Assembly (NCBI GenBank): GCA_023150805.1
Contig: JAKLKF010000008.1
Coordinates: forward strand, 17,469 to 81,468
Source of the DNA: Myxococcota bacterium
GTDB lineage: Bacteria; Myxococcota_A; UBA796; UBA2385
Direction: 5' to 3'
Length of the DNA stretch: 64,000 bases
Within the stretch, counting starts at the first letter, position 1. The number at the start of each line of letters is the position of its first letter. A program made the position numbers and the translations under genes. Of this stretch, positions 1 to 11,178 are shown one piece after another. The notes beneath the pieces were generated by a model that was given only the letters and a program-made list of their open reading frames with translations, did not search any database and was not told where the DNA came from.

Positions 1-2535
1 GTACTCGACCTGGTAGCCCGGGGGCAGGGCCTGCTGGACCGGCGCCAGGGCGGCCGACACGCGGGACATCGCCTCGCCCAGGTCGATGCCCTCGATGTCG
101 GCGTCGATGGTGACCACCCGCGACTGGTCCTGGCGCTCGATGCGCACGGGGCCCTCGCCCGGATCGATGCGGGCGAGCTGCCCCAGCGGCACGGCGCCGC
201 CCGTCGGCAGCGGGATGAGCACCTGCGCGAGCGCCGCCTCGGTGTCCCGCCAGGGGGCGGCGTAGCGCACGCGCACGTCGGTCTCCTCGCCGGCCTGCCG
301 CATGCGCGTGGCGATGGTGCCCAGCGTGGCGTTCTTCAGCTCGGTCGCCACCTGCCCGACCATCAGGCCGTAGCGCGCGGCCTTGTCCCGGTCGATGATC
401 ACGTGGCGCTCGGGCTTGGCCTTGCTGATGGAGGTGTCGACGGAGACCAGGCCCGGCACCGCCCGCAGGCGCTCGGCGATGCGCTCGGACCAGGGCTCCA
501 GCACCTCGAAGTCGGCACCGTACAGGCGGATCTCGACGGGCTTGGTGCCCTGGGACATGCCGCCCATGTCCATGAACTCGACGCGCACGTCCTCCCAGAC
601 CGGCAGGCTCTGGCGCACCGCGGCCTTCAGGTCCTCGTTGTGCGGGATCTGCCGCTGCGCCTTGGGCTGCAGGCGGGCGAAGAGGATCGCCTCGTGCGGG
701 CCCGAGGCGCTGCTGCTGGACAGCCCGGCGCCGGCGTCGTTCTCGTCGGCGCCGATGGCGGCGCCCACGGTGGTCACGTCCGGGAAGCGGCGCAGCACCT
801 CCTCGATCCGGCCGACCACCTCGCCGGTCTGGGCGATGTCGGTGCCGACGGGCAGCGTGACCTTGGCGGCCAGCACGGGGTCGTCGCTGGCGGGCATGAA
901 CTCGGCGCCGATGAAGGGGACCAGGCCCAGGCTGGCGACCAGCAGGCCGCCGACCATGCCCAGCGTGGCCTTGCGGTGCCGCACGCACCACCACAGGACC
1001 GTGGTGTAGCGGGCCCGGAAGCGGCCGAAGCGGCTGCCCTCGTCGAGCACCCCGCCGCTCTCGTGGGCGGAGAAGAAGACGCTGGCCAGCATTGGCACGA
1101 TGGTCAGGGCCACGAAGAGCGAGCCCAGCAGGGCCGCCGCCACCGTGATGGCCAGGCCGCGGGCGAGCTGGCCGGCCAGGCCCTGGCTGAACAGGATCGG
1201 CAGGAAGACGACCATGGTGGTGGCCGTCGAGGCGACGATCGCCATGCCCACCTCGCGGGCGCCCCGCTTGGCCGCCTCGGCGCGGCTCCTGCCCTCCTCC
1301 AGGTGGCGGAAGATGTTCTCGATGACCACGACGGCGTTGTCGACCAGCATGCCGATGCCGAGCACCAGGCCGCCCATCGTCATCATGTTCAGCGTGTCGC
1401 CGGTCGCGTAGATCGGGATGAAGGTGGCCAGCAGCGACAGCGGGATGACGGCGGCGATGATGAGCGTCGGGCGCACCGCGCGCAGGAAGAGGTACATCAC
1501 GACGATGGCGAGCAGCGCGCCGATGAGCCCGCTCTCGAAGACGGCGCGGCCCATCAGCTCGATGACCATGCCCATGTCGAAGATCATGCCGAAGTCCACG
1601 GCCGCCGGCAGGACCTGGGAGAGCCGCTCCAGCTCGTCCAGGTAGCGCTGGCGGACCTGGAGCGGGTTGGCGCCCGACTCCCGCATGAACATCAGCATCA
1701 GGCCTTCTTTGCCGTCGGTGTGCACGTAGCTGCGCAGGTCCTTGGTGCCGCGCTGCACGGTGGCGATGGCGCCCAGCTCGATGGGCGTGCCGGTGCTGCG
1801 CGACACGCCGACGGTCGCCTGGCGGATGTCGTCCAGGTCGTCGAAGGTGCCCATGGTGCGCAGCAGCAGCTCCTGCCGCCCGGCGACCTGGCGGCCCGCC
1901 GGCAGGTTCAGGTTCTGCGCCATCAGCGCCATCGAGACCTGGTCCAGCGAGACCCCGGTGCCCTGCAGGGCGCTGCGGTCCACGTCGACCTGGATCTCCT
2001 CGACCCGCCCGCCCAGGACGGGGGCCTGGGCCACGCCCTCCAGCCGCTCCAGCCGGGGCTGGACCGTCTCGGTCAGCAGCTCCCGCAGGGCGATGTTGTC
2101 CTCCAGCCCCGACACCAGGTACATCGCCTGGGGGAAGCTGCTGAGGTTGAACTTGATCACCACCGGGCTCTCGACGTCCGGCGGCATGTAGGGCTCGATC
2201 ATCGCCACCGCCTCGCGGATGTCGGCGGCGGCGGCGTCCAGGTCGGTGCCCCACACGAAGTCGACCATCAGGAAGGCCACGTCCTCCTGCGACACCGAGC
2301 GGATCTTCTCGACGCCGCTGATGCTGGCCAGCGCGCCCTCGTAGTTGCGGGCGACGATGGCCTCGACCTCCTCGCTGGGGGCGCCGGGGTAGCGGACCAT
2401 CACCGACAGGGTCGGGTAGTTGATGTCCGGCAGCATGTCCACGCCCAGCCGGGACAGGGCGATGGCGCCCACCACCATGACGATCGCGACCAGCATCGTG
2501 ATCGAGACCGGCCGCTCGACGGAGAAGTCCGTCAC
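1..2535 (-). CDS. Efflux RND transporter permease subunit (AcrB/CzcA family), partial; the C-terminus lies beyond the window start
   Basis: Reverse-strand frame is open from GTG at 2535 to the window edge. It reads VTDFSVERPVSITMLVAIVMVVGAIALSRLGVDMLPDINYP..., a typical AcrB-type N-terminus followed by alternating periplasmic and TM segments. The start lies 2 nt after the adaptor gene stop. It is absent from the ORF track because no stop falls inside the window. Confidence 0.9.
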   Translation of the reverse strand, partial: MTDFSVERPVSITMLVAIVMVVGAIALSRLGVDMLPDINYPTLSVMVRYPGAPSEEVEAIVARNYEGALASISGVEKIRSVSQEDVAFLMVDFVWGTDLDAAAADIREAVAMIEPYMPPDVESPVVIKFNLSSFPQAMYLVSGLEDNIALRELLTETVQPRLERLEGVAQAPVLGGRVEEIQVDVDRSALQGTGVSLDQVSMALMAQNLNLPAGRQVAGRQELLLRTMGTFDDLDDIRQATVGVSRSTGTPIELGAIATVQRGTKDLRSYVHTDGKEGLMLMFMRESGANPLQVRQRYLDELERLSQVLPAAVDFGMIFDMGMVIELMGRAVFESGLIGALLAIVVMYLFLRAVRPTLIIAAVIPLSLLATFIPIYATGDTLNMMTMGGLVLGIGMLVDNAVVVIENIFRHLEEGRSRAEAAKRGAREVGMAIVASTATTMVVFLPILFSQGLAGQLARGLAITVAAALLGSLFVALTIVPMLASVFFSAHESGGVLDEGSRFGRFRARYTTVLWWCVRHRKATLGMVGGLLVASLGLVPFIGAEFMPASDDPVLAAKVTLPVGTDIAQTGEVVGRIEEVLRRFPDVTTVGAAIGADENDAGAGLSSSSASGPHEAILFARLQPKAQRQIPHNEDLKAAVRQSLPVWEDVRVEFMDMGGMSQGTKPVEIRLYGADFEVLEPWSERIAERLRAVPGLVSVDTSISKAKPERHVIIDRDKAARYGLMVGQVATELKNATLGTIATRMRQAGEETDVRVRYAAPWRDTEAALAQVLIPLPTGGAVPLGQLARIDPGEGPVRIERQDQSRVVTIDADIEGIDLGEAMSRVSAALAPVQQALPPGYQVEY

Positions 2536-2537
2536 CC

Positions 2538-3656
2538 TCACGGCGCCACCTCGACCAGGGCGCCGTCGGGCAGGCCGAAGCTGCCGTCGACGATGACCTG
2601 CTCGCCGCCCTGCAGGCCGCCCTGGACCTCGACCTGGTCGCGGCCCTCCAGGCCCAGGGTCACCGGCCGCTTGTGCGCCGCGCCCTGCTCCACCACCAGC
2701 ACCCAGGCCCCCTGCGCGTCGCGCTGCACGGCGGCCCGTGGCACGGCCAGCACCCCGTCGCGCCGGTCCAGCTCCAGCCACACGCGCCCGGCCATGCCCG
2801 CCCGCACCACCGTGCCCGGGTTGTCCGCCACCACCCGGACCGGGAAGGTGCGCGTGCTGGCGTCCGCCGCCAGGCCCACCGACTCGACCCGGCCGGGCAG
2901 GCCATCGGGCGGGAGCTGGTCGGCCACCGCCTGGACCTGGATGGTCGCGGGCATCCCGGCCGAGACGCGCCCGACGTCGGCCTCGGCCAGGTCCAGGTCC
3001 ACCCGGATCGTGGACAGATCCACCACGCCCACCAGCCCGCCGGGGCCCGCCAGCGGGCTCACCGTCATCGGGTTGTACCAGTCCCCCTCCTCGCCGCCGA
3101 CCACGGAGACGGTCCCGTCGAAGGGCGCGCGCAGCACGCCGCCGTCGAGCTGCTCGCCGGCCAGCCCCAGCGCCGCCTGGGCCTGCTGGACCTGGAGCTG
3201 CGCCATCTCCAGCCCGGCCTGGGCCTGCTCGAACTGCTGGGCCGTGACCGAGCCGCGCTGGTTGAGCTCCTGCACCCGCGCGAAGTCCTTCTTCGCCGTC
3301 TCCAGCCCCAGCTCCGCCAGCCGCACCGCGGCCTGGGCCTGCTGCCGCTGGAGGCTGGCGATGCCCAGGTCCATGCGGGCCAGCACCTCGCCCTTCTTCA
3401 CCGCCTGCCCCACCTTGACCGGCAGGGCCTCGATCTTGCCGGGCGTGGTCGGCAGCAGGTGCACGCTGCGCCCCGCCTGCACGGTGCCCGTCAGCTCCAG
3501 GGCGCGCTGCACGTCGGCCGTGCCCACCTTCGCCACCTGCACGCGGGTGCGGAACTCGACCGAGGAGGGGTCTCCCGCGCCCGTGTCGCCGCAGGCCGGG
3601 GCCAGCAGGAGCGCGAGGAGCAGGGCGGGCGCGGGCGAGAGGGGGCGCGCGGTCAT
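2538..3656 (-). CDS. Efflux RND periplasmic adaptor (membrane fusion protein, HlyD-like) lipoprotein
   Basis: Internal ATG (3656) of track ORF 2538..4751. Signal/lipobox MTARPLSPAPALLLALLLAPAC. Coiled-coil hairpin (ASLQRQQAQAAVRLAELGLETAKKDF...QAQAGLEMAQLQVQQAQAAL) plus beta-barrel segments typical of MFPs. ATGA overlap with the upstream TolC-like gene. Confidence 0.9.
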   Translation of the reverse strand: MTARPLSPAPALLLALLLAPACGDTGAGDPSSVEFRTRVQVAKVGTADVQRALELTGTVQAGRSVHLLPTTPGKIEALPVKVGQAVKKGEVLARMDLGIASLQRQQAQAAVRLAELGLETAKKDFARVQELNQRGSVTAQQFEQAQAGLEMAQLQVQQAQAALGLAGEQLDGGVLRAPFDGTVSVVGGEEGDWYNPMTVSPLAGPGGLVGVVDLSTIRVDLDLAEADVGRVSAGMPATIQVQAVADQLPPDGLPGRVESVGLAADASTRTFPVRVVADNPGTVVRAGMAGRVWLELDRRDGVLAVPRAAVQRDAQGAWVLVVEQGAAHKRPVTLGLEGRDQVEVQGGLQGGEQVIVDGSFGLPDGALVEVAP

Positions 3657-5077
3657 CGCGAGACCTCGGGGTCGGTGCCCACCGCCTTGTCCAGCGCGGC
3701 GCGGGCGAGGGGGATGCGGGTGCGGGCCTGCAGCAGGCTGACCTGCGCGCCCGAGACGGCGGCCTGGGCGGCCAGCAGCTCGGCGTTCTGGACCATCCCC
3801 TGGGCGAAGCGGTCCTGCTCCAGGCGCAGGGCCTCCTCGGCCTGGGACAGGCCCAGCGTGGCGACCTCGAGCTCGGCCCAGGCCTCCTCGTAGCCGCCCA
3901 GCGCCGCCTCGATCTCGACGGCCAGGTAGTCGGCCAGCAGCGAGCGCTGCTCGACGAGCTGGGTGCGTTGGGCCCGGGCGCCGGCCGCGCCGGACAGGGC
4001 CACGCCCCGGTCCCAGAAGCTCCAGCTCCCCGCCACCGTCAGGTCCGCGCTGCGGTACCACTCGGGCTCCAGCGCGTAGTTGGGGTTCTTCCAGTTCAGG
4101 TTGCCCTGGACCACCACCGCCGGCAGCCAGCTCGACCAGGCCGCCGCGCCGTAGTGGCCCATCGCGTCGATGCTGGCGTCCAGCCGGGCCAGGTCGGGTC
4201 GGCGCTGCAGGGCCGTGGCGACCAGCTCGTCGCGGGGCGGCAGCGCCTCGCGCGTGGGCTCCGAGACCACCAGCTCGACGGGCTCGTCCGGCGGCAGGCC
4301 CAGGGTCGCGCGCAGCATCGTCTCGGCCAGCGAGGCGCCGTGCGCCGCCCGCAGCGCGTCCAGGCGGGCCTGGCTCTGCCGGGCCTGGGTCGAGAGCAGG
4401 TCGGCGCGGCTGGCCATGCCCACGTCCACCAGGTTCTGCAGGTCGGCCACGTAGGCGTCCAGCGTCTCCACCGCCTGCCGGCCGACCACCGCCCCCTGCC
4501 GCGCCATGGCCAGCGCGTAGAAGGCCTCGGTCGCGCTGTAGGCCACCTCCTGCCGGGCGCGCCGCACCTCGGCCTCGCTGGCCGTCACCATCTTGCGGGC
4601 CGCCAGCCGCGAGCGGTGCAGGGCGCCGCCGGCGAACACCACCTGCTCCAGCGTCAGCTTGGCGAAGTAGTTGTCCTGCAGGCCCATCTCGATGCGGCTG
4701 ACGCCGGCGTCCCCCATGTCGGGCGTCATCCAGCCCACGATCAGCTCGCACAGCCCCTGGGCCATCTCCAGCGTGAAGCCGTCGGGCAGCGTCTCCTCGT
4801 CGATGTCCGCGCAGGCGTCGCCGCCCGTGCTGCCGCCCAGGAAGGCGCTGGTGTCGAACTCGACGTAGGGCACCTGGTCCAGGCGCGTGTAGCCGGCGGC
4901 CCCGGTCAGCGACGGCCCCAGGGCCAGCGTCGCCTTGCGCGCGTCGGCCTGGGCAGCGTCCACCCCGGCCCGGGCGGCGGCGACGCCGTGGCTGCCGTCC
5001 AGGGCGATGGCCACGGCCTGGTCGACCGTCAGCGTCACGGCCCCGGCGGGGCCCAGCAGCAGCAGCAGGGCGATCAC
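3653..5077 (-). CDS. TolC-family outer membrane efflux protein
   Basis: C-terminal 474 aa of track ORF 3653..5173. Signal-like VIALLLLLGPAGAVTLTVDQAV. Two repeated halves with TolC-type helices (ADLLSTQARQSQARLDALRAAH / ELLAAQAAVSGAQVSLLQARTRIPLARAALDKAVG). A GTG start at 5077 overlaps the TetR stop (GTGA). The exact start is uncertain. Confidence 0.85.
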   Translation of the reverse strand: MIALLLLLGPAGAVTLTVDQAVAIALDGSHGVAAARAGVDAAQADARKATLALGPSLTGAAGYTRLDQVPYVEFDTSAFLGGSTGGDACADIDEETLPDGFTLEMAQGLCELIVGWMTPDMGDAGVSRIEMGLQDNYFAKLTLEQVVFAGGALHRSRLAARKMVTASEAEVRRARQEVAYSATEAFYALAMARQGAVVGRQAVETLDAYVADLQNLVDVGMASRADLLSTQARQSQARLDALRAAHGASLAETMLRATLGLPPDEPVELVVSEPTREALPPRDELVATALQRRPDLARLDASIDAMGHYGAAAWSSWLPAVVVQGNLNWKNPNYALEPEWYRSADLTVAGSWSFWDRGVALSGAAGARAQRTQLVEQRSLLADYLAVEIEAALGGYEEAWAELEVATLGLSQAEEALRLEQDRFAQGMVQNAELLAAQAAVSGAQVSLLQARTRIPLARAALDKAVGTDPEVSR

Positions 5078-5691
5078 GTGGGCTCCAGCAGGGCGCGCGC
5101 GCCCGCCACCCAGAACCGCAGCAGGGCGTGGGCCAGCGGGGGCAGGTCCTCGGGCGGGCCCTGGGCCAGCCACAGCAGGTTCTCGGTGCGGATGGCGCTC
5201 ACCAGGTGCAGGGCCAGCCGCGGCGCCTGCTCCGGCGGCACCCAGGGCACCGCCGCCACCAGGGTCGCCATCGCGGCCATGAACCGGTCGTGCACCGACA
5301 GGTAGGCGGCGGTCAGCGAGCCGGGATCGACCTGGCCCGAGCCCAGCGCCGGCGAGATCAGCAGCGAGGTCAGCCAGTGGTGCTCGCGCGCCTCCTCCAG
5401 CAGGCGAAGGGTCACCAGCTCCAGCCGCTGCTCGGGCTCCAGGCCCACCGGCAGCGAGGCGTCCACCGCCCGCAGCATCCGCTCCAGCGACCGGTCCACC
5501 AGGGCGCGGAAGACCGCCTCCTTGCCCGGGAAGTAGTTGTAGAGCGAGGCGGTGGAGTAGCCGGCCTCGCGCGCCAGGTCCTCCATCGTCAGGCCCTCGA
5601 AGCCCCGCAGGGCGAAGGCCCGCGCCGCGGCGTCGAGGATGGCGGCCCGCGTGCGGTTGAGCTCGGCTTCGCTGCGAGGGGAACGAGCCAT
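5074..5691 (-). CDS. TetR/AcrR family transcriptional regulator
   Basis: 205-aa ORF with an N-terminal TetR HTH (RTRAAILDAAARAFALRGFEGLTMEDLAREAGYSTASLYNYFPGKEAVF). It is the first gene of the efflux operon. Confidence 0.9.
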   Translation of the reverse strand: MARSPRSEAELNRTRAAILDAAARAFALRGFEGLTMEDLAREAGYSTASLYNYFPGKEAVFRALVDRSLERMLRAVDASLPVGLEPEQRLELVTLRLLEEAREHHWLTSLLISPALGSGQVDPGSLTAAYLSVHDRFMAAMATLVAAVPWVPPEQAPRLALHLVSAIRTENLLWLAQGPPEDLPPLAHALLRFWVAGARALLEPT

Positions 5692-5698
5692 TGTTTTT

Positions 5699-5738
5699 CC
5701 TGGAGGCCAGGTTCAGGGAATCGGCAGCTATCCTCCAG
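5699..5738. promoter_or_regulatory. Inverted repeat (CTGGAGG ... CCTCCAG) in the TetR / hypothetical divergent intergenic region; possible operator
   Basis: 7-bp arms at 5700-5706 and 5732-5738, separated by 25 nt, lying just upstream of the TetR start at 5691. It is only one weak repeat. Confidence 0.2.
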
Positions 5739-5808
5739 CCCCCTGGGCGCGGGCTGTGCCCCGTTGTCGCAGCGGGGCCCCCCTCCCGCCGGGCGCTACC
5801 ATGGCCCG

Positions 5809-7128
5809 ATGTCCCGCTCGCCGTCTCGACCGCCGACTCGACCGCCGAAGCCCCCGCAGCTCCTCCTCCGCGGCACCGTGCGCCTGGACCTGGCCCCCGA
5901 GGTCCTGGCCGTCGGCCCCGACGGGGTGGGCCCCTCCGCCGCCACCGCCGACGTGCTCTACGCCGTCGAGGCCCTGCTCCGCGCCCGCTTCCCGCGCCTG
6001 CTCTTCGCCCTGCGCCACGTGGACCTGCCGGCGGGCGCGCGGCGCCTGGTCTTCGCCCTGCACCCCGCCGGCGGCCCCATCTCGCTGACCGTCGACGAGG
6101 GCGGCCGCGCCACGCTGCAGGCGCCCACCCACCTGGCCGGCCCCGGCTATCACCGCTTCCTCCTCCTCCTGGCCCGCGAGCTGGTCCCGGTCATCGGCGC
6201 CTCGTGGCGGCCGCGGGCGCCGCGCGACCTGGAGGCCCGCTTCCTCGCCTGGCTGCAGCACCTGGCCCGGGAGGCGCTCACCCAGCACCTGGAGGCCCAG
6301 CACCTGGAGGCCCTGGTCGACGGGCCCGCCCCGCCCGCCATCCGCTGGCTGCCCCCGCTGTCCCCCGAGGTCGGCCGCTTCCAGGGTCGCGGCGCCGTCG
6401 CCACCCTGGTCGGCCCGCGCCCCGAGGCCTGGCTGCAGGCCGTGGTCGCCGATCCCCGCGCCGGCCGCGACGCCTTCCCCTGGTGGGAGCGGGGCCAGGG
6501 CGCCGCCTGGCGGGTCGGCCGGGCGCGCTGCCTGCTGTGGCGGGAGCTGCGCTGGCGGCCCCCGACCACCGAGGAGGAGGTCGCCGCCCTGTCCGAGGTC
6601 GCCAACCTGCTGGCCGAGGCCTGGGAGGAGGAGCCCGACCGCCAGGACCTGCCCTGGGCCGCCTGGGCCGAGGTGCTGGACCTGCTGGGCGAGGCCCCCG
6701 AGCGTCGCGCCCGCGTCGCCGCCCGGGTCCCCCCCGGCCCGCCCGAGGGCTACCGCCGTCACCTGGTCGTCGAGGACCTGCCCGGCGGCTGGTCGATCAC
6801 CCTGCCCGGCCGGATGGGCGTCTCCTGGGACCCGGCCGAGGGCTGGGTCGCCTGGGACCAGGGGCGGACGGCCTGGGTCACGCCCCTCGTGGGCGAGGCG
6901 CCGGAGCCCGATGCGCAGGAGGGCGCCCTGCTGGGCACCGTGGAGGGGCCCGACCGGCGGGCGCGGCTGCTGCGCCTGCCCCCGGACGAGGAGGGGACCG
7001 TCGTGTGCGTCCTCTCCGGCCACGTGCGCGCCGGCGAGGCCGTCGCCGCCGTCACCCTGGCCTGGCAGGAGGATCCCGCCGGCCGCGCCTGGGCCGAGGC
7101 GGCCTTCCGGTCGCTGCGGCGGGGCTGA
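5809..7128 (+). CDS. Hypothetical protein (439 aa), no family recognised
   Basis: Internal ATG of track ORF 5128..7128; the upstream part of that ORF is antisense to the TetR gene. From MSRSPSRPPT the translation is protein-like (RFLAWLQHLAREALTQHLEAQHLEALVDG, WWERGQGAAWRVGRARCLLWRELRW). TACCAT lies 6 nt upstream of the ATG and there is no SD. Confidence 0.6.
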   Translation: MSRSPSRPPTRPPKPPQLLLRGTVRLDLAPEVLAVGPDGVGPSAATADVLYAVEALLRARFPRLLFALRHVDLPAGARRLVFALHPAGGPISLTVDEGGRATLQAPTHLAGPGYHRFLLLLARELVPVIGASWRPRAPRDLEARFLAWLQHLAREALTQHLEAQHLEALVDGPAPPAIRWLPPLSPEVGRFQGRGAVATLVGPRPEAWLQAVVADPRAGRDAFPWWERGQGAAWRVGRARCLLWRELRWRPPTTEEEVAALSEVANLLAEAWEEEPDRQDLPWAAWAEVLDLLGEAPERRARVAARVPPGPPEGYRRHLVVEDLPGGWSITLPGRMGVSWDPAEGWVAWDQGRTAWVTPLVGEAPEPDAQEGALLGTVEGPDRRARLLRLPPDEEGTVVCVLSGHVRAGEAVAAVTLAWQEDPAGRAWAEAAFRSLRRG

Positions 7129-7149
7129 GGGGCCCCCGGGCCGGTCGGG

Positions 7150-7200
7150 CCCCTCAGCCGAACAGGCCCCTCAGCCGAACAGGCCCCTCAGCCGAACAGG
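7150..7200. repeat. Perfect 3 x 17-bp tandem repeat (CCCCTCAGCCGAACAGG) spanning the stop codon of the DUF72 gene
   Basis: Copies at 7150-7166, 7167-7183 and 7184-7200. Each copy carries the reverse-strand ...GLFG-stop coding end (TCA at 7154, 7171, 7188). Only the copy at 7184-7200 is in frame with the gene. Confidence 0.95.
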
Positions 7201-8075
7201 CCCGGCTCCGGCGCCCGCAGCAGCCGGGTCGGCAGCGGCAGGTCCAGCGCCGCCGCCAGCGCCGCGTGCAGCCGCTCGATCCGGGAGACCAGGCCGACAG
7301 GGTCGTGCTGGTGCACGAAGATCCAGGCCTCGGCCAGGCCGCGCTCGCGCCAGGCGGCGACCCGGCGGGCCCAGGCGGCGAGACGCTCCTCGTCGACCTG
7401 GTGGCCCTCGGTCACCCGCAGCCGCAGGTACAGGGCCGGGCTCGGCAGCGAGGCGTGGGCGACGTGGCGCACGCCCGGCGTGTCGGTCACCACCGCCATC
7501 CGGCCCGTGCGGTCCAGCCAGGTCAACAGCGCCGCGCGCAGCCGCCCCTGGTGGAAGAAGCCCGGGTGCCGGACCTCGACCGCCACCCGCAGCCCCGGGC
7601 CCAGGGCGGCCACGCGGGCCGCCAGCTCGTCCTGGTGCTCGGGCCCCACCTCCGGCGGCGCCTGGAACAGCACGGGGCCCAGGCGGTCGCCGAAGGCGCG
7701 CACGGCCTCGCCGAAGCGGGGCGCGTCCGCCCGCCAGTCGCCGGCGTGGGAGATCGACCGCGGCACCTTCGGGCAGAAGCGGAAGCCCGGCGGGGTCGCG
7801 GCGGCCCAGGCCGCCACCTGCGCGGGCGTGGGCACGGCGTAGAAGCTGCCGTTGTGCTCGACCGCGCCGAGCAGCCGGGCGTAGGTGGCCAGCCAGGCCC
7901 GCTGCGGCGTGCCCGGCGGGTACAGCGGGCCCACCCAGCGGCGCTCCCCCCACATCGGCGCGCCGGTGTGCAGCGCGAAGCCCGCGCGCGGCGGCCAGCG
8001 CGCCACGCAGCGCTCGTCCAGCGGGGGCACCGAGAAGTCGATGCCCGTGGGGTCGGCGACGGCGCCGAAGTCCAT
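7188..8075 (-). CDS. DUF72 (UPF0759, YecE-like) family protein
   Basis: Internal ATG (8075) of track ORF 7188..8225. Motifs match YecE-type proteins: GFRFCPKVPRSISH, VAVEVRHPGFF, WIFVHQHD. It starts 13 nt after the SDR stop. Confidence 0.8.
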   Translation of the reverse strand: MDFGAVADPTGIDFSVPPLDERCVARWPPRAGFALHTGAPMWGERRWVGPLYPPGTPQRAWLATYARLLGAVEHNGSFYAVPTPAQVAAWAAATPPGFRFCPKVPRSISHAGDWRADAPRFGEAVRAFGDRLGPVLFQAPPEVGPEHQDELAARVAALGPGLRVAVEVRHPGFFHQGRLRAALLTWLDRTGRMAVVTDTPGVRHVAHASLPSPALYLRLRVTEGHQVDEERLAAWARRVAAWRERGLAEAWIFVHQHDPVGLVSRIERLHAALAAALDLPLPTRLLRAPEPGLFG

Positions 8076-8088
8076 CGCCCCGGGCCCC

Positions 8089-9003
8089 CTACAGCCGCGC
8101 GACCAGCGCCTCGGTCTGCCGCCAGACCTTGTCCGCCAGGGCGGCGTCCCTGCCCAGCGCCGAGGAGCGGGCCACGTTGCAGTCCGCCAGGTACTCGCCG
8201 TTGAGCCCGGCCGCGCCCGGCGCAACCGCCGCCCAGGTCTGGGTCGCCGCCCCCTGGGGGATGGTCTTCATGAACAGGGGCGCCACGACGCCCGACATCG
8301 TCTGCAGCGGGCTGCCCATGTGGCGGCCCAGGTTCGTCCAGATGACGCCCGGGTGGACCGCGTTGGCCACCTGGCCCCTGGGCAGGCGCCGGGACAGCTC
8401 CCGCGCGAAGAGCAGGTTGGCCAGCTTGGACTGGCCGTAGGCCTTCCAGGCGCTGTAGCCGCGCTCCATCGCCGGGTCGTCCAGGTCCACGCCGAAGGAG
8501 GGCGCGCCCTGGTGCGCGGCGCTGGACAGCACCACCACCCGGCTCTCCGGCGCCAGCCGGTCCAGCAGGCCCGTCACCAGCAGGAAGTGCCCGACGTGGT
8601 TGGTCAACAGCTGCAGCTCGACGCCGTGGGCCACCTGGCGCTTGGGCAGGGCCATGATGCCCGCGTTGCAGATGAGCGCGTCCAGGGCGCCGGCGCGGTC
8701 CCGGGCCTGCTGCACTGCCGCGCGCACGCTGGCGGGCTCGGCCAGGTCGCAGGCCACCGGCACCGCGTCCACGCCCACCGCCCGGGCCGCCTCGCGGACC
8801 TTGTCCTCGCTGCGGGCCAGCCCCACCACGGTCGCGCCGCGGCGGGCCAGCACCCGCATCGTCTCCTGGCCCAGGCCGCTGGCCACGCCCGTGACCAGCA
8901 CGGTGCGGCCGGCGAGATCGACCCCCTCGCTGACCTGCTCGGCGGTGGAGGAGTAGCCGAAGCCGGAGGGGCCGGTGCCCTTGAAGAGGCCGACGAGGGA
9001 CAT
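8089..9003 (-). CDS. SDR family oxidoreductase (retinol-dehydrogenase-like)
   Basis: 304-aa ORF. Rossmann motif VLVTGVASGLG, NAG (CNAGIMA) and catalytic YGQSK. Confidence 0.9.
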   Translation of the reverse strand: MSLVGLFKGTGPSGFGYSSTAEQVSEGVDLAGRTVLVTGVASGLGQETMRVLARRGATVVGLARSEDKVREAARAVGVDAVPVACDLAEPASVRAAVQQARDRAGALDALICNAGIMALPKRQVAHGVELQLLTNHVGHFLLVTGLLDRLAPESRVVVLSSAAHQGAPSFGVDLDDPAMERGYSAWKAYGQSKLANLLFARELSRRLPRGQVANAVHPGVIWTNLGRHMGSPLQTMSGVVAPLFMKTIPQGAATQTWAAVAPGAAGLNGEYLADCNVARSSALGRDAALADKVWRQTEALVARL

Positions 9004-9025
9004 GGCAGCGCCTGTGCGGGGGGGA

Positions 9026-9448
9026 TCAGCGCCTCGGCTCGAAGTTCAGCATCCACTGGATGCCGAACTTGTCGACGAGGCCGCCGTAGTAGGCACCCCA
9101 GAACTGGTCGGCCAGGGGCATCGTGACGGTGCCACCCTCGGCCAGGGCGGCGAAGAGGCGGTCGGCCTCCTCCCGGCTGTCGGGGTGCACGGAGATCGAG
9201 AAGTTGTTGCCCACCACCGGCGGGGGGCCCCAGCCCTCCAGCCGGTCGCTGGCCATCAGCATCTGCCCGTCGGGGAGCTGCAGGCCCACGTGCATCACGC
9301 GGTTCTTCTGCTCCTCGGTCAGCCTCTCGCCGCCGGGCATGGCGCCGAAGCGGTGGATGTCGGTCAGGCTGCCGCCCAGGGCCTCTGCGTAGAAGCGGAA
9401 GGCGGCCTCGGTCGTGCCGTCGAAGTTCAGGTAGGCGTGGAGCTTCAT
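9026..9448 (-). CDS. VOC family protein (PhnB-like / 3-demethylubiquinone-9 3-methyltransferase domain)
   Basis: Internal ATG (9448) of track ORF 9026..9973, with GAGGTG upstream. The sequence MKLHAYLNFDGTTEAAFRFYAEALGG...FWGAYYGGLVDKFGIQWMLNF is characteristic of PhnB-like VOC proteins. Confidence 0.8.
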   Translation of the reverse strand: MKLHAYLNFDGTTEAAFRFYAEALGGSLTDIHRFGAMPGGERLTEEQKNRVMHVGLQLPDGQMLMASDRLEGWGPPPVVGNNFSISVHPDSREEADRLFAALAEGGTVTMPLADQFWGAYYGGLVDKFGIQWMLNFEPRR

Positions 9449-9549
9449 GGGGACACCTCGTTGTGGGGGGACAAAGCCGGCTAACCTCGGGGTCGGCCGG
9501 TCGGGCGGTCCGCCCGTGGGACGCTGCGGCTCCCCGGTTAAGCCCCCCC

Positions 9550-11174
<1,625 letters not shown>

Positions 11175-11178
<4 letters not shown>

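Noticed and set aside
403-3741. 1112-aa plus-strand ORF over the efflux operon (and the nested ORFs 383-1009, 1100-1411, etc.)
   Set aside because: It is antisense to unmistakable AcrB-type and MFP coding sequence. The translation is a H/D/G/R/A-rich repeat-like product of the complementary codons.
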